From: Reclinomonas americana ATCC 50394
Lineage: Eukaryota
Assembly: GCA_048213135.1 (NCBI GenBank)
Contig: PS015241.1
Coordinates: 66,505-101,599, forward strand
DNA length: 35,095 nucleotides
Direction: 5' to 3'
In this document: positions 21,501 through 33,112 of the stretch, one piece after another
Layout of the letters: every line of letters begins with the position of its first letter
Numbering within the stretch: position 1 is the first letter of the stretch
Notes under the pieces: model-generated
What the model saw: the letters and a program-made list of their open reading frames with translations, nothing else
Databases searched by the model: none
Told to the model about the DNA's origin: nothing
Program-made: the position numbers and the translations under genes

Positions 21501-23621
21501 CAATCGAAAGTAAGTGTGGCGAATGGCTGTGGATATTAGCACAACAGCATGTTAGCAATGGAGAAGAGAGTGGGATGTAATTGATGGAGTTGTATGTGTC
21601 TCAATCCCTTACTTTATCTCTCGTCACCAGCTGGTGATGGAATTCATGTCGGGTGGATCGCTGACTGGCCCATTGGAGAAGTACCAGTTCACTGAGGAAG
21701 ACATTTCGCGTGTTATGAAGCAGGTATGACTCACCAAGAGAATTGTGTGTTTCGCTCTCTTCCTCTCCCCGTTACACATGCCTCTCTCCTCACATTCTCG
21801 TCCTCTTTCTCATTTCTTTCTCCTTCACTGCCTCTCTTCACATTGTCGCCTCTTTCTCGTTTATTTGCTTTCTTTTCTCCTCGATCTCTACCCCCTTCGT
21901 TTCTTTCTCACCCACTCCCTCTTTGACATTTACTTACTCTCTTACTCTGCCGCTCTCTCCCTCTTCCATATCTCTTTCTTCCTCTCTCCTCTTTCTCTCC
22001 TTCTCTCCCTCTTCCTCGTCCTTGTCCATTTCCCGTTCTTCCTCACTCCTCTTTCTCTCCGTTTCCTCTCTCTCTCTCTCCTGTTTCCTCTGTCTCTCTT
22101 TCTTTGACGCTCCCTTTAACTGTTCACTCCGCCACACTCGCCGTCTCCCTCTCGCTCTCTCGCTCTCTCCCTCTCTCCCTGTCCATTTCCCATTCTTCCT
22201 GTCCATTTCCTCTTTGTATTTCTCCCTGTCTTCTCTCCACCTTGCCCGTAAGTGAGTCACTCAATGTTGTCCGTGATGCAGATTGTGCGCGGCGTCGCGT
22301 ACCTCCACTCCCTCAAACTGGTACACCGAGACATCAAGAGGTTTTTGATGAGGCTAAATTGCCCGACTTTGTTTTCTTCTTGACACTCACTATTTCGTGC
22401 AGTGACAATGTCCTGCTTGGAGCTCGCGGAGAAGTGAAGATTGGTGGGTGACATCAGCCAGCCTTTCGTGCGCCACGCGCTGACTGTGAGTGTGCTGCTG
22501 CAGCGGACTTTGGTTTCTGTGTCGAACTGCGTGACGGACGCGAGAAGCGCTCCACTCGAATCGGAACGTGCGTATTACTGTTTGTTGTGCTCACCGCGTG
22601 TGGTCTTCTTACGTCATCTCCCACCAACAGAGCACACTGGATGGCCCCTGAAGGTGTGTCACATGTCTCTCACATACGCTGCAAATTTCTTCTCGCCTTG
22701 ATTCTCGTCGCGATCTCTTCTCTCACACATATGTGCTGTCTTCTATCAAGTATCCTTGCCCCGGATCTGTGTTCCTCATCCTCGCTCCCTCACGCACGAG
22801 AGATCTCTGCTCTCCACGTCACGCATACTGTCATCCTGTGTCCCTGATCTTTCTCTATCATTCTCGCCACGTCGCACGCAAGCGTCCTCTTCTGCACACA
22901 CACTGCCTTTGCTGGAGGCACGTCGCCCTTGATCCTTGTCCCCAGTTCTCACTCCTCCACTGCAGTCTTCTTGTGCTCTCTTTTTTTGTCTTCTTCTTGG
23001 GGGACTCTCTCTCTCTTTCTCTTTCTCTCTCTCTCTCTTTCTCTCTCTGNNNNNNNNNNNNNNNNNNNNTTTCTTTCTCTTTCTCTCTGTCAATTTTCGT
23101 CGCACCTATCTTCACATTCTTCCACAAGTCTTTCGTGTTACAATCTCTTCTCACTTTTTACCCTCTCGCTCTCCTTCCCCTCATCCCTATCCTCTCTTTC
23201 CCCTTTCCCCCTTTCCCCTCCCCCTTTCCCCACCGCAGCCATTCGCGGCCAGGAATACGACACACAGGCCGACGTATGGTCACTCGGCATTCTCGCCCTC
23301 GAGCTGGCCGACGGGCAGCCACCGCTCTTCGACTTGCACCCTGTACAGGTGAGGCTGTGACTCACCACCACCTCTCTCCTTCTCCCCATTCCCGTCGCCT
23401 CACTTTCCGCCCCGCAGGCGGCGTACGCTATCGCCGCTCGCGAACCACCCACCCTCCAACACCCCGAACAGTGGTCGGCCAACTTTCGCGATTTCATCCG
23501 CTGCTGCCTGCAAAAGGATCCCGCCTCGCGGTGGTCATCCGAGCGGCTACTCAACGAGCACCCGTTCATCACGGGCGCACTCGATGATACGGGGTTCTTG
23601 ATCGACTTGTGTTCACATTAG
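18425..23621 (+). CDS. PAK: PAK/STE20-family Ser/Thr kinase with degenerate CRIB/autoinhibitory region, about 433 aa, 13 exons
   Basis: Exons 18425-18473, 18903-19066, 19874-20045, 20200-20263, 20327-20441, 21087-21230, 21631-21723, 22282-22340, 22403-22443, 22504-22567, 22631-22653, 23239-23348, 23418-23621. Kinase motifs [56 protein letters not shown] and DVWSLGI. PAK-like regulatory segment [25 protein letters not shown]...DPEAVIGAL. Exon 1 is the least certain. Confidence 0.92.
18497..18835. repeat. Compound (GT)n(GA)n(ACTC)n microsatellite in PAK intron 1
   Basis: Directly visible. Confidence 0.95.
20530..21000. repeat. About 100-bp degenerate intronic minisatellite in PAK intron 5
   Basis: Variants of ctcctttcaccgatcacttcttacgtagatcactg recur about 5 times, with ggagacacagagggggaagac-like segments between them. 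Confidence 0.8.
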
Positions 23622-23689
23622 CCGGAGTAATAAGTGTTGATTGTGCAGCAGCGAAGGGTGTAGGGAGGGAGGGTGAGGAGTCGAATAGC

Positions 23690-23990
23690 GAGGGTGCTAA
23701 GGGTTGAGGGTCGAAAGTGGAAGGTTGAGGTTAGAGAGTCGAGGCTGAGAACTGAGGGTTGAGGACTGAGGGTGAAGGGTTCAGGGTCGCGAGTGGAGGA
23801 TTGAGGGTCGAGAATGGAGGGTTGAGGATTGAGGGTTGAGAGTCGAGAGTGGAGGGTCAATGGTAGAGAGTCAGGGTTGAGAACTGAGGGTCGAGAGTGG
23901 AGGGTCGAGGATTGAGGGCTGGGGGTTGAGGATCGTGAGTGGAGGGTCGACAATGGAGTATCAAGGGTTGAGAGTCGAGGGTTGAGGACA

Positions 23991-24036
<46 letters not shown>

Positions 24037-24200
24037 ACTGAGGGTTGAAGATCGAGGGTTGAGGGTTGAGGTCTGAGGGTTGAGGGTCGACAGTGGAGAG
24101 TCGAGGGTTCAGGATCGAGGATCGAGGGTTGAGGGTTGAGGGCTGAGGGTTGAGGATCGAGGGTTGCGGGACGAGAGTGGAGGGTCACGGGTTGAGTGCC
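23690..24200 (+). repeat. Degenerate telomere-like heptamer tract (GAGGGTT)n
   Basis: Six perfect GAGGGTT copies at 23991-24032, flanked by variants (GAGGGTC, GAGAGTC, GAGGATC). Confidence 0.9.
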
Positions 24201-24474
24201 GATTGTGGAGAATGGAGGGTGGCGTATGAAGAGACAAGGAGGGTCGTGAGCGACGGGAAACGTGTCGGCAGTGCAGGATCAAGGGTGATATCTCGGAGTC
24301 GAAATGTGAGGGTGCAGAGAAGAGAGGGAGATCAAGGTCGGTGTGGCATAGATGCACGGGCACATGGTCGATAGAGTACACAGTGGTCATTGTCCGCAAG
24401 CAATTCGCGGGCAATCATCATGTTGCGAGCTTGAAAGGAAAGGAAGACCTAGTGTGAGGCGAGCGCTCTTGAGA

Positions 24475-24590
24475 ATGGGCGACAACCAGCAAGCAACTTT
24501 TTATTGCTCCGCAGATCACCAGCAGCGGCAAGTGAGCAAAGGTGAAGAATTCAAATGCCGAAAATGTGACGCTTTGAAGAAGGCCGCTGC
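24475..24590 (+). CDS. Candidate first exon with a Zn-ribbon-like Cys/His motif
   Basis: MGDNQQATFYCSADHQQRQVSKGEEFKCRKCDALKKAA followed by GTGCGT (phase 2), frame-compatible with the exon at 26203. No homology confirmed. Confidence 0.3.
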
Positions 24591-24694
24591 GTGCGTGAAA
24601 CCAAGGCACACCTCTCTCTTTCTCTCCTTCCCTCTCTCCCTCTCTCTCTCTCTCCTCACTCTTCCTCTCTCTCTNNNNNNNNNNNNNNNNNNNN

Positions 24695-24772
<78 letters not shown>

Positions 24773-25299
24773 ACAAGGAGAGAGAAGGAGAGGATAGAGA
24801 GCGCGCTTGCAAGTTGGGTCGCTTGTACTTGGGGCAGAGTGTATGTGTGTGCGTCGGTGTGTGTGTGTTTGTGTGTGTGGACAGGGAGAGAGAGGGAGAG
24901 GATCGTGTGCGTGGAGAGCGCGCTTGCAAGTTGGGTCGCTTGTACTTGGGGCAGAGTGTATGTGTGTGTGGGGAGAGAAGAGAGTGAGAAGCTGCGACGG
25001 AAGAAGAGAGCGGCACTTGTGCGTGGGCAAGGTTGGTTTGTGTGTGCATTTGGCAGTGTGCGCAGGAGTGCTCGTGTGTGTGCGCGAGAGCAAGACAGAG
25101 AGAGGCTGAGACGAAATGGAGATAGCGGGAGGCTGGTGTGTGGAGAGCGCGTTTTAGAGTTGGGTTCGTTTGACTGTGTGCGTGAGTAAATGGAAGAGAG
25201 GGAATACTCTGAGTGGCCTGTGCTTGGTGTGCGTTTGCGTTTGCGAGTTGGGTTCGTGTGCTCATTTGGCAGCTTGTGCTGGAGTGCGTGTTTCGGTGT

Positions 25300-25330
<31 letters not shown>

Positions 25331-25670
25331 CTCAAAGTCAAAAGTTGGGTTCGTGTGCTCATCAGGCAGTGTGTTCGTATGTGCGCGAATGCGAGAGATA
25401 TGGGTGCTGAGGAGGCAAGGAGATAGCGAGAGGCTGGTGTGTGGAGAGCGCGTTTGAGAGTTGGGTTCGTTTGGCTATCTGCGTGAGTGAGTGAAAGGGA
25501 GAGGGAGAGAGAGAACGAGTGCACGACAGAGGAAGGAGGTTGAGAAGCAAATGAGAGAGCGAGAGACTTGTGCATTTGGAGCGCTGTTGTGAGTTGAGAA
25601 TGTTTGTGCAAGCGTGCATGTGTGCAGGAGGCATGTGCGCACGACACACACACACACACACAGAGAAGGG
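24695..25670. repeat. (GT)n microsatellite followed by degenerate 125-300 bp duplications
   Basis: gagagcgcgcttgcaagttgggtcgcttgtacttggggcagagtgtatgtgtgtg occurs twice (about 24797 and 24914); ggagatagcg.gaggctggtgtgtggagagcgcgtt occurs twice (about 25118 and 25419). Confidence 0.85.
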
Positions 25671-26202
25671 ACCTGGGCTTGGTGTAGTCTCGTGTATCAG
25701 GTCGCATGCACTTCTTGAGTGACTCTTCGTGCCTTCTCATTTTCTCTCGCCCGCGCTTCTCATTTTCTCTCACCCTTCTTGCGTTACTCTCGTCACTGCT
25801 CTGTCGTACCAAGCTGGAAAAATGTTTCCTCACTCGCGTCTCTCTGGTCTTGTGTCTCCGTGTACACCTTGAATTTTCTGCTGCTCTCTTCCCTCTTCCA
25901 CTCTCCTAATCCTGAATACACGAGCCTTACTTTTTAGCGCATTCTCAACCACTTCTTCTTACCTCTTTCATCTGCAAGTGTGTCGCGCTGCATCTCATTA
26001 TCTTCGTCCTTTATGCCTCCTCTCATCGTCGCTCACGTCTTGCGCCATTCGTTGACACCTTTCCCTCTGTTATTCATTTTCACTGATTCTCATAATCTCG
26101 TCCTCGGTCTTTTCTACCCATTCCTCCGTTCATCTCATTGCCCATCCCTCTCCTTTATATCACTCACCCTTCCCCCCTCCCACCCCTTCCCCTTCCCCAC
26201 AG

Positions 26203-29200
26203 CTCCTTCACCCTCGTCATCCAAGAACCCCACCGCAGCGTGCAACTGTGGATCGAACCCGCCCGCCGACTCGACCCCTCCTCCTCCACCGCTGCCTCCT
26301 CGACCACCGACACGGACGACGACGAGTGCATGGTGTTCCTGTCGACCACGGTACGCACCGTGGCCGTGCACCTGCGCCTAGCCGGCGGCGCCCCCAGCAA
26401 GGTGTCGGTGGTGCCCGTTGGCACCAAGGAGCGCAACGGCGACCACGGCGCATGCGTGCAACGCGTGCCTCCGTACCTCGGCGATGTGTCGCCCGTCGGC
26501 GCCGACGACGAGAGCTCCGTGGCCGCGCTGCCGTCGGAGCCCTACGGTGGCGGGGAGGAGGCGGGTGCTTCTTCTTCTTCCTCGTCGCAGACGCCGCAGC
26601 AAGTGGCTGTGTTTGCCGCGCGCCCGCTGCGACGGTTGTGGAAGGCCGATGCTCGCACTGGATTGGTCGAGGTTTGTCGTGTTGTTGTCGGTCCCTTCTT
26701 GCCGCCGCTCAAGTGTGCATCAACAGGCCACCTTGCGACCCGCGCCGTGCAATCCCATTCGCTGCGAGGAACTCCTGCCAGAGCTCGGTGCTGCGGAGGC
26801 AGCCGCGCCACAGCTGCAGTACGGCATGCTGTGGCCGTGGGGCATGTACCAGCTGGCCTGCGCTCGTCCGTCGACGCCGCACATTGTTTCGTGGACCTGG
26901 GAGGCAAGGGGACTGAGAGGGCAAAGTTCGAGCTTTCTAATTCTCTCCCTCTCACTCTCTTCTCTCTGTCTCTCTCTCTCGTCTTTGCATCAATCACCCT
27001 CTGTCGTCCCATCATTCTCTCCCCACGTTCCTGCTTTCTTCTGGTGGAGTAGAAGGAGCAGAAAAGAAAGCTTGTGGTTTCAGAAACGACGGCGCAGGTG
27101 ACAGACAAATGCGTTTCTTCCTGTGTCTCTCCTTTACTCCTTGTCCTTGCTTTCGCCCAACTCCTCGGGAAGACAAGAGGGACCGGAAGAGTGAGCTACT
27201 GTCGGAAAGGAGACAGAATTCCTTTGTTTTTATCTCTCCCTCTCTCCGCTTTCGTCCGGAGGAGTAGAAGGAGTAAGGAAATAGCTTACGGTTTCAGAAA
27301 CGACACGCAGGTGTCTCACCGTTTCACTCTTTCCTCTCCCCTTCTCTCTTCCTCTCCTTTTCCTCTCTCTCCTTCCCCGTCCCCATTCCTCCTTCTCCCT
27401 CTCATCCACCCCTCCTCCCCCTCTTCCNNNNNNNNNNNNNNNNNNNNNNNNNNNNNNNNNNNNNNNNNNNNNNNNNNNNNNNNNNNNNNNNNNNNNNNNN
27501 NNNNNNNNNNCCCTCTCTCTCTCCCTCTCCCTCCTCTCTCTCCCTCTCCCTCTCCCTCTCCCTCTTCCCACTCCCTCTCCCTTTCCCTCTCCCTACTCCA
27601 CCTTCCCCCTCACATCACCCTTCCCCTCCTTGCAGGTCATCGTCGACATCCAACTCGTATCCCTCACCCGCTGGTACGTGATGCCGCGGCCAGTGTACGC
27701 CATCGAGGTGGTGAATGAGACCGGCCGAATCTACGCCCTGGTAAAATCGGCGCCCGCCGCCGCCGCTGCTGGCGTCCCCGCCTTCCTTGTGGAGCTGACG
27801 CCGCCGTTCGTCTCGCCGCCGTCGACTCCAGAGCCGGAAGCAGCGCCAGTGCCGGCCTCTGTAGCAGCTGCAGTCCCTGAGCCCCCGCCAGAGCCACCTG
27901 CACCTCTCGTGCCTCTGCCACCACCTCCACCACCGCCGCCGGCCCCCGTGGCACACGACACCGTCGTCGTGGCTCCTTCACCCCCACCGACGCCCCCTCC
28001 GACACCCCCGCCTCCCACTCGCACCCCGCCGCCTTCCTCCTTGCAGGAGACGGCGGCTGTGGATGACGACCTCACATCCTCGTCGTCGGCGGCCGATGTG
28101 CGCGCTGGGCGCAAGAAGCGATCGAAAAAGGCGACGACGGCGGCCACCATTGTTGAGGGCACGGCGTCGGCCGATGCGGCGGCGACCGCCACCTTGAAAC
28201 CGTCCTCCGCCGTCAAGACCAAAAAGGCGGTGCGTCGGCGTGTGGCGTCGGTGGATCTCGACGGAGGATCGTCGTTGTCGGCCGCCGCCGCCGCCGCCGT
28301 GCCGCCGCTGCCGGGCTCCAGCACACTGCCGTCGTTGGCCACCGATGCCTCCACGGCCGCCTCGAATTCGCCACCCATGGAGTCCATGTCGGTGCAGGCG
28401 ACGGCGGCGGGGGCGTCGTCGTCGACCGAGGTGCACCTCACGCATCAGCGCTCGTCCAGCAGTCGCGATCTGTCGAGTTCTTCCCAGCAGGATGCGAGGG
28501 AGCGGGCGCCTACGCCGCCGGAGAGGTGGGGAATGGGAAAGGGGACGGAAGGGGAAAGGAGGGGGAAGAAGGGGAAAGAAGGGGGGAAAGGGGAGAGGAG
28601 AGAAGAGGAAGGGTGCAGGCATCTTGTGTGTGGAAGACGTTGCTCTCACTCTCTGAGTGGATGAGAATCAATTCTGTTCTCTTTCTGCCTTAAAGTTAAG
28701 CAAGGCTTCGTGACTGGCAGTCTTCTCTCTCTCCCTCTCTCNNNNNNNNNNNNNNNNNNNNNNNNNNNNNNNNNNNNNNNNNNNNNNNNNNNNNNNNNNN
28801 NNNNNNNNNNNNNNNNNNNNNNNNNNNNNNNNNNNNNNNNNNNNNNNNNNNNNNNNNNNNNNNNNNNNNNNNNNNNNNNNNNNNNNNNNNNNNNNNNNNN
28901 NNNNNNNNNNNNNNNNNNNNNNNNNNNNNNNNNNNNNNNNNNNNNNNNNNNNNNNNNNNNNNNNNNNNNNNNNNNNNNNNNNNNNNNNNNNNNNNNNNNN
29001 NNNNNNNNNNNNNNNNNNNNNNNNNNNNNNNNNNNNNNNNNNNNNNNNNNNNNNNNNNNNNNNNNNNNNNNNNNNNNNNNNNNNNNNNNNNNNNNNNNNN
29101 NNNNNNNNNNNNNNNNNNNNNNNNNNNNNNNNNNNNNNNNNNNNNNNNNNNNNNNNNNNNNNNNNNNNNNNNNNNNNNNNNNNNGTTCGTCAGCTTGTTG

Positions 29201-29234
29201 TTCTTTCTTGTTTCTTCTCTCTCTCTCTCTCTTT

Positions 29235-29266
<32 letters not shown>

Positions 29267-32135
29267 GCCACTAACCTCCCCTTTCCCCTTTCCCTTCCCC
29301 TTCCCCTTTTCCCTTCCCCCTTTCCCTTCCCCTTCCCAGCGAGGACCTCAGCAGCGCCGCGTCAACCCCCTTTGACCGCGCGAGCAGCGCCGGCGAGGAC
29401 TCGCAACTGGCCACCGACCCCATGTCACCGTCGCCGCACACTGGCAAGACGCGTGTGCGCAAGAAAAAGGCGACCAGTGTGCGCATTGGCGAGACGTCCT
29501 CGCCTTCGGCCAATGTGCAATCCTCGGCCTCCTTCACGGCTCCCGGCAGCGTGGCTGTGGCGGCCGCCGGTCCGCCGCCACCGCGGAAAAAGAAGGCCGC
29601 GCGACGGACGGTCGACATTTTTGATTCGGACGAGGCGGCACTGGCGGCGGCCGCGAGTGGCAGTTCAGCGGGGCGCACGCGAGGCGGGTCGGCCCAGCAG
29701 CAGCAGCAGCCACCGGCAGCAACAGAGGCCGCCAGTGGGCGGGCGCGCGGAGGATCGGCCCAGCAGCCGGCAACGACCGAAACAGCTGCTGCAGGACGTG
29801 CACGCGGCGCCTCTGCGCAGCAGTCTGTGCCGACCGAGGTCTCCGCGCTGCCGTCGACCACCGTAAAGGTGTCGCCTCCGACCCCGACGGTGCAGGCAGC
29901 AGCAGCAGCAGCTCCCCCTCCTCCTCCTCCTCCTGCGCCAGCCGCCGCTCCGGTGGTGGCGCAGCCGGTGCCTGTGCGAAAGCCGTCGGCGTCGCTCTTC
30001 CCGTCGGTCGTCGCGGAATCGGCCAAGGCGCCGTCGCCCTTGCCGACACCGCCCGGCTCTGGCGCATCGACGCCACAGCTGCAGAGCCCATCCGGGAGTC
30101 GTGCTGCCTCACCACCACCACCACCTCCCCCTCCTACTGCCCCTGTTGATCCACCGCCGCCGTTGGAGTTCGCCACACCCTCGCCGCCTGCCGTGTCGCC
30201 CTCGTCGCCGTCCCCTTTATCGCCAGAGGAGCCTCCGGCGGAGCCTGCGCCCCAGCAGCCGGCCACTCCTGCCGAGTGGCTGGAGATGTTGCAGGCGGCG
30301 GCGGCCAGCGACTCGACCATGTCGGTGCGCCAGGTGGTCGAGTCGATGGTGCAGCAGATGGGTTCGGAGCGCGCGCTGCGCATGTTGGGTGATGCGGCGG
30401 CGGTGCCGACTGAGGGCGGTCAGCAGCAGCACGATGTGGTGGTGGTGGCTNNNNNNNNNNNNNNNNNNNNNNNNNNNNNNNNNNNNNNNNNNNNNNNNNN
30501 NNNNNNNNNNNNNNNNNNNNNNNNNNNNNNNNNNNNNNNNNNNNNNNNNNNNNNNNNNNNNNNNNNNNNNNNNNNNNNNNNNNNNNNNNNNNNNNNNNNN
30601 NNNNNNNNNNNNNNNNNNNNNNNNNNNNNNNNNNNNNNNNNNNNNNNNNNNNNNNNNNNNNNNNNNNNNNNNNNNNNNNNNNNNNNNNNNNNNNNNNNNN
30701 NNNNNNNNNNNNNNNNNNNNNNNNNNNNNNNNNNNNNNNNNNNNNNNNNNNNNCGAAGCAAGAGAGACAACGGCAGATTGAAAAAGAGTGAATGGAGTGA
30801 TAGCGCACGAGGAAATGAGGCAGAGCGAAAGAACGACGAGGACAAAGAGGGGAGTGAGCGTGTGTGTGGCAGAGGAAGAGAGGAATCAAGAAGCATGTGA
30901 AAGAGTGAGAGAGTGAGAGAGAGAGAAAGAGCACATGACAACGGAATGGAGAAAGATGTTGAAGGAGCGAGCGAGTGGGAAGCAGGATGGAGAGAGAGAG
31001 AGAGTAAGAGTGAGTATGTGGTCGGAGAAGAGAGGAAGAGAGGAATCAAGAAGCATGTGGCAGAGTGAGAGAGTGAGAGAAAGAGCACATGACAACGGAA
31101 TGGAGAAAGATGTTGACTGAGCGAGCGAGTGGGAAGCAGAGTGAAGGAGAGAGTAAGAGTGAGTATGTGGTTGAAGAACAGAGGAAGAGAGGAATCAAGA
31201 AGCATGTGGCAGAGTGAGAGAGTGAGAGAAAGAGCACATGAGAAAGGAATGGAGGAAGATGTTGACGGAGCGAGCGAGTGAGTGCAGAATGAGAAATGAA
31301 CAGAGGGAAGGTTGAGGAGCGAGCGAGTGGGAAGCAGGATGGAGAGAGAGAGAGAGGGAGGGGGGTAAGAGTGAATGTGTGGTTGAAGAAGAGAGGAAGA
31401 GAGGAATCAAGAAGCATGTGACAGAGATGGTGAGGGGGGAAGAGCAAATGGAGGAAGATGTTGACGGAGCGAGCGAGAGGAGGCGGGGGAGTGACAGAAA
31501 GTGACGAAACGAATGAAACAAAACAAGAAGAATGAAGAGTGAAAGGAATCGAGAGCGTGAGAGAGAGAAAGCGGGAGGAGAAGTGACGGAGTGACAGAGA
31601 ACAAGCAGCGCAAGAAAAGAGAGCTAGATAGTGAGAAAGTCGGAGACCAACAATGAGACGCAGCGAGTGAGTATGTAAGAGTGAGAGAGAGAGAGAGGGC
31701 AAGCCAGAGATAGGTAAAACGACAGAGCGAGAGTGAAAAAGAAACTATTCCATACATCTTTGCTTAGTGACCCCTCTCTGCAGAACCCGCGGCTGGTTCG
31801 ACGGCGCCGGCCGCCACTGGGGCATCGACGGCGTGGTGATGCTGGAGGAGCGACCGGCGCTGACTGTCGTGCCGTCGCGCTTCGAGTTGGATGCCGGCGC
31901 GTCGCCCGCCTCGAGTGCAACCAACTTGCATGTGGCCACGTGTCCCGTGTGCCGCCTGCCGCTGTCGCAGCGACTGCGTGAGTCGCCGAGCTTGTGGATC
32001 TCGCCGGCGGGTGTGGCTGTGCATGCGGAGTGCGCCACTGGGTTTTACCGGCCGACGGCGGTGCCGAGTGAGTGGCCGCCGAGGTCTGCGTTGCAGTGGC
32101 TGGGCGGGAATGGTGCAGGTGCGGGGGCGAGGTGA
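26203..32135 (+). CDS. HPS5: HPS5/TECPR2-family beta-propeller protein (BLOC-2 subunit-like) with a long Pro/Ala/Ser-rich middle and a C-terminal RING-like motif; partial
   Basis: Exons 26203-26671, 26727-about 26903, 27636-28525, 29340-30450 (into gap), 31784-32135. Motifs SVQLW, VFLSTTVRT, VGTKERNGDHGAC and VFAARPLRRLWKAD...VEATL match the HPS5/TECPR2 signatures (GxKERDGxxGAC, ARPGxRxW) as I recall them. C-terminus HWG...CPVCRLPL...HAEC. The N-terminal blades were not found. Confidence 0.75.
30860..31480. repeat. About 150-210 bp purine-rich tandem repeat (4 units) in the last HPS5-like intron
   Basis: agaggaagagaggaatcaagaagcatgtg at about 30871, 31031, 31180 and 31392. Confidence 0.85.
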
Positions 32136-33062
32136 TTGTTGGTGTGGGGTGGATATCTACGTGGTAAATGTGGTTCTATTGTGTTACCGGGAGTGAGGGA
32201 GTCTGTGAGAGAGGAGCAAGTCTGTTACTCGGGAGAGATGCTGCAGTTATGATCTTTTGTGCCTCTCTCTCTCTCNNNNNNNNNNNNNNNNNNNNNNNNN
32301 NNNNNNNNNNNNNNNNNNNNNNNNNNNNNNNNNNNNNNNNNNNNNNNNNNNNNNNNNNNNNNNNNNNNNNNNNNNNNNNNNNNNNNNNNNNNNNNNNNNN
32401 NNNNNNNNNNNNNNNNNNNNNNNNNNNNNNNNNNNNNNNNNNNNNNNNNNNNNNNNNNNNNNNNNNNNNNNNNNNNNNNNNNNNNNNNNNNNNNNNNNNN
32501 NNNNNNNNNNNNNNNNNNNNNNNNNNNNNNNNNNNNNNNNNNNNNNNNNNNNNNNNNNNNNNNNNNNNNNNNNNNNNNNNNNNNNNNNNNNNNNNNNNNN
32601 NNNNNNNNNNNNNNNNNNNNNNNNNNNNNNNNNNNNNNNNNNNNNNNNNNNNNNNNNNNNNNNNNNNNNNNNNNNNNNNNNNNNNNNNNNNNNNNNNNNN
32701 NNNNNNNNNNNNNNNNNNNNNNNNNNNNNNNNNNNNNNNNNNNNNNNNNNNNNNNNNNNNNNNNNNNNNNNNNNNNNNNNNNNNNNNNNNNNNNNNNNNN
32801 NNNNNNNNNNNNNNNNNNNNNNNNNNNNNNNNNNNNNNNNNNNNNNNNNNNNNNNNNNNNNNNNNNNNNNNNNNNNNNNNNNNNNNNNNNNNNNNNNNNN
32901 NNNNNNNNNNNNNNNNNNNNNNNNNNNNNNNNNNNNNNNNNNNNNNNNNNNNNNNNNNNNNNNNNNNNNNNNNNNNNNNNNNNNNNNNNNNNNNNNNNNN
33001 NNNNNNNNNNNNNNNNNNNNNNNNNNNNNNNNNNNNNNNNNNNNNNNNNNNNNNNNNNNNNN

Positions 33063-33112
<50 letters not shown>

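Larger units (their letters stand above)
1484..33061. other. Assembly gaps (N runs)
   Basis: 1484-1782, 2612-2750, 5456-5679, 16245-16670, 17403-18219, 23050-23069, 24675-24694, 27428-27510, 28742-29184, 30451-30753, 32276-33061. Confidence 0.99.
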
